A DNA stretch of 64,000 bases from positions 200,196 to 264,195 of the forward strand of contig JBHGNT010000038.1 in NCBI GenBank assembly GCA_043228905.1, written 5' to 3'. This document shows, in pieces, positions 29,101-43,450 of the stretch. Within the stretch, counting starts at the first letter, position 1. Every line of letters begins with the position of its first letter. A model generated the notes under the pieces. The model did no database searches and was not told the DNA's origin. It saw only the letters and a program-made list of their open reading frames with translations. The position numbers and the translations under genes were made by a program. The DNA is from Azolla caroliniana. Lineage: Eukaryota; Plantae; Polypodiophyta.

Positions 29101-32100
29101 TCAAACATTCGAATCGAAGTTAACAACGCTAGCTATGATATGGAATTACAAAATCAAGATTTTGAAACTCCAGTCGAGAGACATGATAAAATTACCAAAT
29201 TTGAGGAGTGACGTTGGAAGAGCGCGTGAGTGAATTAAAATGTTCATACCTGGCTCGTGTGATATCGGATTTTTGTATTCAAACATGCGAATCGAAGCTA
29301 ACAACGCTAGCTATCATATGGAATTAAGAAATCAAGATTTTGACACTCAGGTCAAGAGACATGACGAAATTAGCAAATTTGAGGAGTGAGTTGAGAGGAG
29401 CCCTTGAGTAAATTAAAATGGTCATACCTAGCGAGTGTGATATCGGATTTTTGTGTACAAACATGCGAATCGAAGCTAACAACGCTAGCTATGATATGGA
29501 ATTAAAAAATCAAGATTTTGAAACTCAGGTCGAGAGACATGACGACATTTCCAAATTTCAGGAGGGAGTAGAGAAGAGCTTGTAGGTAAATTATAATGTT
29601 CATACCTGGTTCGTGTGATATTGGATTTTTGTGTTCAAACATTCGAATCGAAGCTAACAACGCTAGCTATGATATGGAATTACAAAATCAAGATTTTGAA
29701 ACTCCAGTCGAGAGACATGATAAAATTACCAAATTTGAGGAGTGACGTTGGAAGAGCGCGTGAGTGAATTAAAATGTTCATACCTGGCTCGTGTGATATC
29801 GGATTTTTGTGTTCAAACATGCGAATCGAAGCTAACAACGCTAGCTATCATATGGAATTAAGAAATCAAGATTTTGACACTCAGGTCAAGAGACATGACG
29901 AAATTAGCAAATTTGAGGAGTGAGTTGAGAGGAGCCCTTGAGTAAATTAAAATGGTCATACCTAGCGAGTGTGATATCGGATTTTTGTGTACAAACATGC
30001 GAATCGAAGCTAACAACGCTAGCTATGATATGGAATTAAAAAATCAAGATTTTGAAACTCAGGTCGAGAGACATGACGACATTTCCAAATTTCAGGAGGG
30101 AGTAGAGAAGAGCTAGTAGGTAAATTATAATGTTCATACCTGGTTCGTGTGATATTGGATTTTTGTGTTCAAACATTCGAATCGAAGCTAACAACGCTAG
30201 CTATGATATGGAATTACAAAATCAAGATTTTGAAACTCCAGTCGAGAGACATGATAAAATTAGCAAATTTGAGGAGTGACGTTGGAAGAGCGCGTGAGTG
30301 AATTAAAATGTTCATACCTGGCTCGTGTGATATCGGATTTTTGTGTTCAAACATGCGAATCGAAGCTAACAACGCTAGCTATCATATGGAATTAAGAAAT
30401 CAAGATTTTGACACTCAGGTCAAGAGACATGACGAAATTAGCAAATTTGAGGAGTGAGTTGAGAGGAGCCCTTGAGTAAATTAAAATGGTCATACCTAGC
30501 GAGTGTGATATCGGATTTTTGTGTACAAACATGCGAATCGAAGCTAACAACGCTAGCTATGATATGGAATTAAAAAATCAAGATTTTGAAACTCAGGTCG
30601 AGAGACATGACGACATTTCCAAATTTCAGGAGGGAGTAGAGAAGAGCTAGTAGGTAAATTATAATGTTCATACCTGGTTCGTGTGATATTGGATTTTTGT
30701 GTTCAAACATTCGAATCGAAGCTAACAACGCTAGCTATGATATGGAATTACAAAATCAAGATTTTGAAACTCCAGTCGAGAGATATGATAAAATTACCAA
30801 ATTTGAGGAGTGACGTTGGAAGAGCGCGTGAGTGAATTAAAATGTTCATACCTGGCTCGTGTGATATCGGATTTTTGTGTTCAAACATGCGAATCGAAGC
30901 TAACAACGCTAGCTATCATATGGAATTAAGAAATCAAGATTTTGACACTCAGGTCGAGAGACATGACGAAATTAGCAAATTTGAGGAGTGAGTTGAGAGG
31001 ATCCCTTGAGTAAATTAAAATGGTCATACCTAGCGAGTGTGATATCGGATTTTTGTGTACAAACATGCGAATCGAAGCTAACAACGGTAGCTATGATATG
31101 GAATTAAAAAATCAAGATTTTGAAACTCAGGTCGAGAGACATGACGACATTTCCAAATTTCAGGAGGGAGTAGAGAAGAGCTAGTAGGTAAATTATAATG
31201 TTCATACCTGGTTCGTGTGATATTGGATTTTTGTGTTCAAACATTCGAATCGAAGCTAACAACGCTAGCTATGATATGGAATTACAAAATCAAGATTTTG
31301 AAACTCCAGTTGAGAGACTTGATGAAATTGCCAAATTTGACGAGTGACGTTGGAAGAGCGCGTGAGTGAATTAAAATGTTCATACCTGGCTCGTGTGATA
31401 TCGGATTTTTGTGTTCAAACATGGAAATCGAAGCTAACAACGCTAGCTATGATATGGAATTAAAAAATCAATATTTTGAAAATCAGGTCGAGAGGCATGA
31501 CGAAATTAGCAAATTTGAGGAGTGAGTTGAGAGGAGCCCTTGAGTAAATTAAAATGTTCATACCTAGTGAGCGTGATATCGGATTTTTGTGTTCAAACAT
31601 GCGAATCGAAGCTAACAACGCTAGCTATGATATGGAATTAAAAAATCAAGATTTTGAAACTCAGGTCGAGAGACATGACGAAATTAGCAACCTTGACGAG
31701 GGAGTTGAGAGGAGCCCTTAAGTAAATAAAAATGTTCATACCTAGCTCGTGTGATATCGGATTTTTGTGTTCAAACATGCGAATCGAAGCTAACAACGCT
31801 AGCTGTGATTTGGAATTAAAAAATCAAGATTTTGAAACTCAGGTCGAGAGACATGACGAAATTAGCAAATTTGAGGAGTGAGTTGAGAGGAGCCCTTGAG
31901 TAAATTAAAATGGTCATACCTAGCGAGTGTGATATCGGATTTTTGTGTACAAACATGCGAATCGAAGCTAACAACGCTAGCTATGATATGGAATTAAAAA
32001 ATCAAGATTTTGAAACTCAGGTCGAGATACATGACGAAATTTCCAAATTTCAGGAGGGAGTTGACAAGAGCTAGTAGGTAAATTATAATGTTCATACCTG

Positions 32101-34559
32101 GTTCGTGTGATATTGGATTTTTGTGTTCAAACATTCGAATCGAAGCTAACAACGCTAGCTATGATATGGAATTACAAAATCAAGATTTTGAAACTCCAGT
32201 CGAGAGACATGATAAAATTACCAAATTTGAGGAGTGACGTTGGAAGAGCGCGTGAGTGAATTAAAATGTTCATACCTGGCTCGTGTGATATCGGATTTTT
32301 GTGTTCAAACATGCGAATCGAAGCTAAAAACGCTAGCTATGATATGGAATTAAAAAATCAAGATTTTGCAACTCAAGTAGAGAGACATGAAGAAATTACC
32401 AAATTTGAGGAGTGAGGTTGGAAGAGCGCGTGAGTGAATTAAAATGTTCATACCTGGCTCGTGTGATATCGGATTTTTGTGTTCAAACATGCTAATCGAA
32501 GCTAACAACGCTAGCTATGATATGGAATTAAAAAATCAAGATTTTGAAACTCAGGTCCAGATACATGACGAAATTAGCAAATTTGAGGAGTGAGTTGAGA
32601 GGAGCCCTTGAGTAAATTAAAATGGTCATACCTAGCGAGTGTGATATCGGATTTTTGTGTACAAACATGCGAATCGAAGCTAACAACGCTAGCTATGATA
32701 TGGAATTAAAAAATCAAGATTTTGAAACCCAGGTCGAGAGACATGACGAAATTACCAAATTTGAGGAGGGAGTTGAGAGGAGCCCTTGAGTAAATTAAAA
32801 TGGTCATACCTAGCGAGTGTGATATCGCACTTTTGTGTACAAACATGTGAATCGAAGCTAACAACGCTAGCTATGATATGGAATTGAAAAATCAAGATTT
32901 TGAAACTCAGGTGGAGAGACATGACGAAATTAGCAAATTTGAGGAGTGAGTTGAGAGGAGCCCTTGAGTAAATTAAAATGTTCATACCTAGCGAGTGTGA
33001 TATCGCACTTTTGTGTTCAAACATTGGAATCGAAGCTAACAACGCTAGGTATGATATAGAATTAAAAAATCAAGATTTTGAAACTCAGGTCGAGAGACAT
33101 GACGAAATTAGCAAATTTGAGGAGGGAGTTGAGAGGAGCCCTTGAGTAAATTAAAATGTTCATACATAGCGAGTGTGATATCGGATTTTTGTGTACAAAC
33201 ATGCGAATCGAAGCTAACAACGCTAGCTATGATATGGAATTAAAAAATCAAGATTTTGAAACTCAGGTCGAGAGACATGACGAAATTTCCAAATTTCAGG
33301 AGGGAGTTGAGAAGAGCTAGTAGGTAAATTATAATGTTCATAACTGGTTCGTGTGATATCGGATTTTTGTGTTCAAACATTCGAATCGAAGCTAACAACG
33401 CTAGCTATGATATGGAATTACAAAATCAAGATTTTGAAACTCCAGTCGAGAGACATGATGAAATTGCCAAATTTGACGAGTGACGTTGGAAGAGCGCGTG
33501 AGTGAATTAAAATGTTCATACCTGGCTCGTGTGATATCGGATTTTTGTGTTCAAACATGGAAATCGAAGCTAACAACGCTAGCTATGATATGGAATTAAA
33601 AAATCAATATTTTGAAAATCAGGTCGAGAGGCATGACGAAATTAGCAAATTTGAGGAGTGAGTTGAGAGGAGCCCTTGAGTAAATTAAAATGTTCATACC
33701 TAGTGAGCGTGATATCGGATTTTTGTGTTCAAACATGCGAATCGAAGCTAACAACGCTAGCTATGATATGGAATTAAAAAATCAAGATTTTGAAACTCAG
33801 GTCGAGAGACATGACGAAATTAGCAACCTTGACGAGGGAGTTGAGAGGAGCCCTTAAGTAAATAAAAATGTTCATACCTAGCTCGTGTGATATCGGATTT
33901 TTGTGTTCAAACATATCGAAGCTAACAACGCTAGATGTGATTTGGAATTAAAAAATCAAGATTTTGAAACTCAGGTCGAGAGACATGACAAAATTACCAA
34001 ATTTCAGGAGGGAGTTGAGAGGGGCCCTTGAGTAAATTAAAATGTTCATACCTAGCGAGCGTGATATCGGATTTTTGTGTTCAAACATGCGATTCGAAGC
34101 TAACAACGTTAGCTATGATATGGAATTACAAAATCAAGATTTTGAAACTCAGGTCGCGAGACATGAAGAAATTACCAAATTTGAGGAGTGAGGTTGGAAG
34201 AGCGTGTGAGTGAATTAAAATGTTCATACCTGGCTCGTGTGATATCGGATTTTTGTGTTCAAACATGAGAATCGAAGCTAACAACGCTAGCTATGATATG
34301 GAATTAACAAAACAAGATTTTGAAACTCAGGTCGAGAGACATGACGAAATTAGCAAATTTGAGGTGTGAGTTGAGAGGAGCCCTTGAGTAAATTAAAATG
34401 GTCATACCTAGCTAGTGTGATATCGGATTTTTGTGTTCAAACATGCGAATCGAAGCTAACAATGTTAGCTATGATATGGAATTAAAAAATCAAGATTTTG
34501 AAACTCAGGTCGAGAGACATGACGAAATTTCCAAATTTCAGGAGGGAGTTGAGAGGGGC

Positions 34560-37500
34560 CCTTGAGTAAATTAAAATGTTCATACCTAGCGAGTGTGATA
34601 TCGGATTTTTGTGTTCAAACATGCGATTCGAAGCTAACAACGTTAGCTATGATATGGAATTACAAAATCAAGATTTTGAAACTCAGGTCGCGAGACATGA
34701 AGAAATTACCAAATTTGAGGAGTGAGGTTGGAAGAGCGTGTGAGTGAATTAAAATGTTCATACCTGGCTCGTGTGATATCGGATTTTTGTGTTCAAACAT
34801 GAGAATCGAAGCTAACAACGCTAGCTATGATATGGAATTAACAAAACAAGATTTTGAAACTCAGGTCGAGAGACATGACGAAATTAGCAAATTTGAGGTG
34901 TGAGTTGAGAGGAGCCCTTGAGTAAATTAAAATGGTCATACCTAGCTAGTGTGATATCGGATTTTTGTGTTCAAACATGCGAATCGAAGCTAACAATGTT
35001 AGCTATGATATGGAATTAAAAAATCAAGATTTTGAAACTCAGGTCGAGAGACATGACGAAATTTCCAAATTTTAGGAGGGAGTTGACAAGAGCTAGTAGG
35101 TAAATTATAATGTTCATACCTAGCTCGTGTTATATCGGATTTTTGTGTTCAAACATGCGAATCGAAGCTAACAACGCTAGCAATGATATGGAATTAAAAA
35201 ATCAAGATTTTGAAACTCAGGTCGAGAGACATGACGAAATTACCAAATTTGAGGAGGGAGTTGAGAAGAGCTAGTAGGTAAATTACAATGTTCATACCTA
35301 GCGAGTGTGATATCGGATTTTTGTGTTCAAACATGCGAATCAAACCTAACAACGCTAGCTATGATATAGAATTAAAAAAGCAAGATTTCGAAACTCAGGT
35401 CGAGAGTCATGACGAAATTAGCAAATTTGAGGAGTGAGTTGAGAGGAGCCCTTGAGTAAATTAAAATGGTCATACCTAGCGAGTGTGATATCGGATTTTT
35501 GTGTACAAACATGCGAATCTAAGCTAACAACGCTAGCTATGATATGGAATTAAAAAATCAAGATTTTGAAACTCAGGTCGAGACACATGACGAAATTAGC
35601 AAATTTGAGGAGTGAGTTGAGAGGAGCCCTTGAGTAAATTAAAATGTTCATACCTGGCTCGTGTGATATCGGATTTTTGTGTACAAACATGCGAATCGAA
35701 GCTAACAACGCTAGCTATGATATGGAATTAAAAAATCAAGATTTTGAAACCCAGGTCGAGAGACATGACGAAATTACCAAATTTGAGGAGGGAGTTGAGA
35801 GGAGCCCTTGAGTAAATTAAAATGGTCATACCTAGCGAGTGTGATATCGGATTTTTGTGTACAAACATGCGAATCGAAGCTAACAACGCTAGCTATGATA
35901 TGGAATTAAAAAATCAAGATTTTGAAACTCAGGTCGAGAGACATGACGAAATTTCCAAATTTCAGGAGGGAGTTGACAAGAGCTAGTAGGTAAATTATAA
36001 TGTTCATACCTGGTTCGTGTGATATTGGATTTTTGTGTTCAAACATTCGAATCGAAGCTAACAACGCTAGCTATGATATGGAATTACAAAATCAAGATTT
36101 TGAAACTCCAGTCGAGAGACATGATGAAATTGCCAAATTTGACGAGTGACGTTGGAAGAGCGCGTGAGTGAATTAAAATGTTCATACCTGGCTCGTGTGA
36201 TATCGGATTTTTGTGTTCAAACATGGAAATCGAAGCTAACAACGCTAGCTATGATATGGAATTAAAAAATCAATATTTTGAAAATCAGGTCGAGAGGCAT
36301 GACGAAATTAGCAAATTTGAGGAGTGAGTTGAGAGGAGCCCTTGAGTAAATTAAAATGTTCATACCTAGTGAGCGTGATATCGGATTTTTGTGTTCAAAC
36401 ATGCGAATCGAAGCTAACAACGCTAGCTGTGATTTGGAATTAAAAAATCAAGATTTTGAAACTCAGGTCGAGAGACATGACGAAATTAGCAAATTTGAGG
36501 AGTGAGTTGAGAGGAGCCCTTGAGTAAATTAAAATGGTCATACCTAGCGAGTGTGATATCGCACTTTTGTGTACAAACATGCGAATCGAAGCTAACAACG
36601 CTAGCTATGATATGGAATTAAAAAATCAAGAGTTTGAAACTCAGGTCGAGAGACATGACGAAATTTCCAAATTTCAGGAGGGAGTTGAGAAGAGCTAGTA
36701 GGTAAATTATAATGTTCATACCTGGTTCGTGTGATATCAGATTTTTGTGTTCAAACATGCGAATCGAAGCTAACAACGCTAGCAATGATATGGAATTAAA
36801 AAATCAAGATTTTGAAACTCAGGTCGAGAGACATGACGAAATTACCAAATTTGAGGAGGGAGTTGAGAAGAGCTAGTAGGTAAATTACAATGTTCATACC
36901 TAGCGAGTGTGATATCGGATTTTTGTGTTCAAACATGCGATTCGAAGCTAACAACGTTAGCTATGATATGGAATTACAAAATCAAGATTTTGAAACTCAG
37001 GTCGCGAGACATGAAGAAATTACCAAATTTGAGGAGTGAGGTTGGAAGAGCGTGTGAGTGAATTAAAATGTTCATACCTGGCTCGTGTGATATCGGATTT
37101 TTGTGTTCAAACATGAGAATCGAAGCTAACAACGCTAGCTATGATATGGAATTAACAAAACAAGATTTTGAAACTCAGGTCGAGAGACATGACGAAATTA
37201 GCAAATTTGAGGTGTGAGTTGAGAGGAGCCCTTGAGTAAATTAAAATGGTCATACCTAGCTAGTGTGATATCGGATTTTTGTGTTCAAACATGCGAATCG
37301 AAGCTAACAATGTTAGCTATGATATGGAATTAAAAAATCAAGATTTTGAAACTCAGGTCGAGAGACATGACGAAATTTCCAAATTTCAGGAGGGAGTTGA
37401 CAAGAGCTAGTAGGTAAATTATAATGTTCATACCTAGCTCGTGTTATATCGGATTTTTGTGTTCAAACATGCGAATCGAAGCTAACAACGCTAGCAATGA

Positions 37501-40500
37501 TATGGAATTAAAAAATCAAGATTTTGAAACTCAGGTCGAGAGACATGACGAAATTACCAAATTTGAGGAGGGAGTTGAGAAGAGCTAGTAGGTAAATTAC
37601 AATGTTCATACCTAGCGAGTGTGATATCGGATTTTTGTGTTCAAACATGCGAATCAAACCTAACAACGCTAGCTATGATATAGAATTAAAAAAGCAAGAT
37701 TTCGAAACTCAGGTCGAGAGTCATGACGAAATTAGCAAATTTGAGGAGTGAGTTGAGAGGAGCCCTTGAGTAAATTAAAATGGTCATACCTAGCGAGTGT
37801 GATATCGGATTTTTGTGTACAAACATGCGAATCTAAGCTAACAACGCTAGCTATGATATGGAATTAAAAAATCAAGATTTTGAAACTCAGGTCGAGACAC
37901 ATGACGAAATTAGCAAATTTGAGGAGTGAGTTGAGAGGAGCCCTTGAGTAAATTAAAATGTTCATACCTGGCTCGTGTGATATCGGATTTTTGTGTACAA
38001 ACATGCGAATCGAAGCTAACAACGCTAGCTATGATATGGAATTAAAAAATCAAGATTTTGAAACCCAGGTCGAGAGACATGACGAAATTACCAAATTTGA
38101 GGAGGGAGTTGAGAGGAGCCCTTGAGTAAATTAAAATGGTCATACCTAGCGAGTGTGATATCGGATTTTTGTGTACAAACATGCGAATCGAAGCTAACAA
38201 CGCTAGCTATGATATGGAATTAAAAAATCAAGATTTTGAAACTCAGGTCGAGAGACATGACGAAATTTCCAAATTTCAGGAGGGAGTTGACAAGAGCTAG
38301 TAGGTAAATTATAATGTTCATACCTGGTTCGTGTGATATTGGATTTTTGTGTTCAAACATTCGAATCGAAGCTAACAACGCTAGCTATGATATGGAATTA
38401 CAAAATCAAGATTTTGAAACTCCAGTCGAGAGACATGATGAAATTGCCAAATTTGACGAGTGACGTTGGAAGAGCGCGTGAGTGAATTAAAATGTTCATA
38501 CCTGGCTCGTGTGATATCGGATTTTTGTGTTCAAACATGGAAATCGAAGCTAACAACGCTAGCTATGATATGGAATTAAAAAATCAATATTTTGAAAATC
38601 AGGTCGAGAGGCATGACGAAATTAGCAAATTTGAGGAGTGAGTTGAGAGGAGCCCTTGAGTAAATTAAAATGTTCATACCTAGTGAGCGTGATATCGGAT
38701 TTTTGTGTTCAAACATGCGAATCGAAGCTAACAACGCTAGCTGTGATTTGGAATTAAAAAATCAAGATTTTGAAACTCAGGTCGAGAGACATGACGAAAT
38801 TAGCAAATTTGAGGAGTGAGTTGAGAGGAGCCCTTGAGTAAATTAAAATGGTCATACCTAGCGAGTGTGATATCGCACTTTTGTGTACAAACATGCGAAT
38901 CGAAGCTAACAACGCTAGCTATGATATGGAATTAAAAAATCAAGAGTTTGAAACTCAGGTCGAGAGACATGACGAAATTTCCAAATTTCAGGAGGGAGTT
39001 GAGAAGAGCTAGTAGGTAAATTATAATGTTCATACCTGGTTCGTGTGATATCGGATTTTTGTGTTCAAACATGCGAATCGAAGCTAACAACGCTAGCAAT
39101 GATATGGAATTAAAAAATCAAGATTTTGAAACTCAGGTCGAGAGACATGACGAAATTACCAAATTTGAGGAGGGAGTTGAGAAGAGCTAGTAGGTAAATT
39201 ACAATGTTCATACCTAGCGAGTGTGATATCGGATTTTTGTGTTCAAACATGCGATTCGAAGCTAACAACGTTAGCTATGATATGGAATTACAAAATCAAG
39301 ATTTTGAAACTCAGGTCGCGAGACATGAAGAAATTACCAAATTTGAGGAGTGAGGTTGGAAGAGCGTGTGAGTGAATTAAAATGTTCATACCTGGCTCGT
39401 GTGATATCGGATTTTTGTGTTCAAACATGAGAATCGAAGCTAACAACGCTAGCTATGATATGGAATTAACAAAACAAGATTTTGAAACTCAGGTCGAGAG
39501 ACATGACGAAATTAGCAAATTTGAGGTGTGAGTTGAGAGGAGCCCTTGAGTAAATTAAAATGGTCATACCTAGCTAGTGTGATATCGGATTTTTGTGTTC
39601 AAACATGCGAATCGAAGCTAACAATGTTAGCTATGATATGGAATTAAAAAATCAAGATTTTGAAACTCAGGTCGAGAGACATGACGAAATTTCCAAATTT
39701 CAGGAGGGAGTTGACAAGAGCTAGTAGGTAAATTATAATGTTCATACCTAGCTCGTGTTATATCGGATTTTTGTGTTCAAACATGCGAATCGAAGCTAAC
39801 AACGCTAGCAATGATATGGAATTAAAAAATCAAGATTTTGAAACTCAGGTCGAGAGACATGACGAAATTACCAAATTTGAGGAGGGAGTTGAGAAGAGCT
39901 AGTAGGTAAATTACAATGTTCATACCTAGCGAGTGTGATATCGGATTTTTGTGTTCAAACATGCGAATCAAACCTAACAACGCTAGCTATGATATAGAAT
40001 TAAAAAAGCAAGATTTCGAAACTCAGGTCGAGAGTCATGACGAAATTAGCAAATTTGAGGAGTGAGTTGAGAGGAGCCCTTGAGTAAATTAAAATGGTCA
40101 TACCTAGCGAGTGTGATATCGGATTTTTGTGTACAAACATGCGAATCTAAGCTAACAACGCTAGCTATGATATGGAATTAAAAAATCAAGATTTTGAAAC
40201 TCAGGTCGAGACACATGACGAAATTAGCAAATTTGAGGAGTGAGTTGAGAGGAGCCCTTGAGTAAATTAAAATGTTCATACCTGGCTCGTGTGATATCGG
40301 ATTTTTGTGTACAAACATGCGAATCGAAGCTAACAACGCTAGCTATGATATGGAATTAAAAAATCAAGATTTTGAAACCCAGGTCGAGAGACATGACGAA
40401 ATTACCAAATTTGAGGAGGGAGTTGAGAGGAGCCCTTGAGTAAATTAAAATGGTCATACCTAGCGAGTGTGATATCGGATTTTTGTGTACAAACATGCGA

Positions 40501-43450
40501 ATCGAAGCTAACAACGCTAGCTATGATATGGAATTAAAAAATCAAGATTTTGAAACTCAGGTCGAGAGACATGACGAAATTTCCAAATTTCAGGAGGGAG
40601 TTGACAAGAGCTAGTAGGTAAATTATAATGTTCATACCTGGTTCGTGTGATATTGGATTTTTGTGTTCAAACATTCGAATCGAAGCTAACAACGCTAGCT
40701 ATGATATGGAATTACAAAATCAAGATTTTGAAACTCCAGTCGAGAGACATGATGAAATTGCCAAATTTGACGAGTGACGTTGGAAGAGCGCGTGAGTGAA
40801 TTAAAATGTTCATACCTGGCTCGTGTGATATCGGATTTTTGTGTTCAAACATGGAAATCGAAGCTAACAACGCTAGCTATGATATGGAATTAAAAAATCA
40901 ATATTTTGAAAATCAGGTCGAGAGGCATGACGAAATTAGCAAATTTGAGGAGTGAGTTGAGAGGAGCCCTTGAGTAAATTAAAATGTTCATACCTAGTGA
41001 GCGTGATATCGGATTTTTGTGTTCAAACATGCGAATCGAAGCTAACAACGCTAGCTGTGATTTGGAATTAAAAAATCAAGATTTTGAAACTCAGGTCGAG
41101 AGACATGACGAAATTAGCAAATTTGAGGAGTGAGTTGAGAGGAGCCCTTGAGTAAATTAAAATGGTCATACCTAGCGAGTGTGATATCGCACTTTTGTGT
41201 ACAAACATGCGAATCGAAGCTAACAACGCTAGCTATGATATGGAATTAAAAAATCAAGAGTTTGAAACTCAGGTCGAGAGACATGACGAAATTTCCAAAT
41301 TTCAGGAGGGAGTTGAGAAGAGCTAGTAGGTAAATTATAATGTTCATACCTGGTTCGTGTGATATCGGATTTTTGTGTTCAAACATGCGAATCGAAGCTA
41401 ACAACGCTAGCAATGATATGGAATTAAAAAATCAAGATTTTGAAACTCAGGTCGAGAGACATGACGAAATTACCAAATTTGAGGAGGGAGTTGAGAAGAG
41501 CTAGTAGGTAAATTACAATGTTCATACCTAGCGAGTGTGATATCGGATTTTTGTGTTCAAACATGCGATTCGAAGCTAACAACGTTAGCTATGATATGGA
41601 ATTACAAAATCAAGATTTTGAAACTCAGGTCGCGAGACATGAAGAAATTACCAAATTTGAGGAGTGAGGTTGGAAGAGCGTGTGAGTGAATTAAAATGTT
41701 CATACCTGGCTCGTGTGATATCGGATTTTTGTGTTCAAACATGAGAATCGAAGCTAACAACGCTAGCTATGATATGGAATTAACAAAACAAGATTTTGAA
41801 ACTCAGGTCGAGAGACATGACGAAATTAGCAAATTTGAGGTGTGAGTTGAGAGGAGCCCTTGAGTAAATTAAAATGGTCATACCTAGCTAGTGTGATATC
41901 GGATTTTTGTGTTCAAACATGCGAATCGAAGCTAACAATGTTAGCTATGATATGGAATTAAAAAATCAAGATTTTGAAACTCAGGTCGAGAGACATGACG
42001 AAATTTCCAAATTTCAGGAGGGAGTTGACAAGAGCTAGTAGGTAAATTATAATGTTCATACCTAGCTCGTGTTATATCGGATTTTTGTGTTCAAACATGC
42101 GAATCGAAGCTAACAACGCTAGCAATGATATGGAATTAAAAAATCAAGATTTTGAAACTCAGGTCGAGAGACATGACGAAATTACCAAATTTGAGGAGGG
42201 AGTTGAGAAGAGCTAGTAGGTAAATTACAATGTTCATACCTAGCGAGTGTGATATCGGATTTTTGTGTTCAAACATGCGAATCAAACCTAACAACGCTAG
42301 CTATGATATAGAATTAAAAAAGCAAGATTTCGAAACTCAGGTCGAGAGTCATGACGAAATTAGCAAATTTGAGGAGTGAGTTGAGAGGAGCCCTTGAGTA
42401 AATTAAAATGGTCATACCTAGCGAGTGTGATATCGGATTTTTGTGTACAAACATGCGAATCTAAGCTAACAACGCTAGCTATGATATGGAATTAAAAAAT
42501 CAAGATTTTGAAACTCAGGTCGAGACACATGACGAAATTAGCAAATTTGAGGAGTGAGTTGAGAGGAGCCCTTGAGTAAATTAAAATGTTCATACCTGGC
42601 TCGTGTGATATCGGATTTTTGTGTACAAACATGCGAATCGAAGCTAACAACGCTAGCTATGATATGGAATTAAAAAATCAAGATTTTGAAACCCAGGTCG
42701 AGAGACATGACGAAATTACCAAATTTGAGGAGGGAGTTGAGAGGAGCCCTTGAGTAAATTAAAATGGTCATACCTAGCGAGTGTGATATCGGATTTTTGT
42801 GTACAAACATGCGAATCGAAGCTAACAACGCTAGCTATGATATGGAATTAAAAAATCAAGATTTTGAAACTCAGGTCGAGAGACATGACGAAATTTCCAA
42901 ATTTCAGGAGGGAGTTGACAAGAGCTAGTAGGTAAATTATAATGTTCATACCTGGTTCGTGTGATATTGGATTTTTGTGTTCAAACATTCGAATCGAAGC
43001 TAACAACGCTAGCTATGATATGGAATTACAAAATCAAGATTTTGAAACTCCAGTCGAGAGACATGATGAAATTGCCAAATTTGACGAGTGACGTTGGAAG
43101 AGCGCGTGAGTGAATTAAAATGTTCATACCTGGCTCGTGTGATATCGGATTTTTGTGTTCAAACATGGAAATCGAAGCTAACAACGCTAGCTATGATATG
43201 GAATTAAAAAATCAATATTTTGAAAATCAGGTCGAGAGGCATGACGAAATTAGCAAATTTGAGGAGTGAGTTGAGAGGAGCCCTTGAGTAAATTAAAATG
43301 TTCATACCTAGTGAGCGTGATATCGGATTTTTATGTTCAAACATGCGAATCGAAGCTAACAACGCTAGCTGTGATTTGGAATTAAAAAATCAAGATTTTG
43401 AAACTCAGGTCGAGAGACATGACGAAATTAGCAAATTTGAGGAGTGAGTT
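34560..43450 (+). repeat. 13-mer HOR (2314 bp), about 4 near-identical copies
   Basis: Marker CAAACCTAAC at 35341, 37655, 39969, 42283 (period 2314 = 13x178), recurring with GGTCGCGAG, TTTGAGGTGTG and GAGACACATG. Confidence 0.9.
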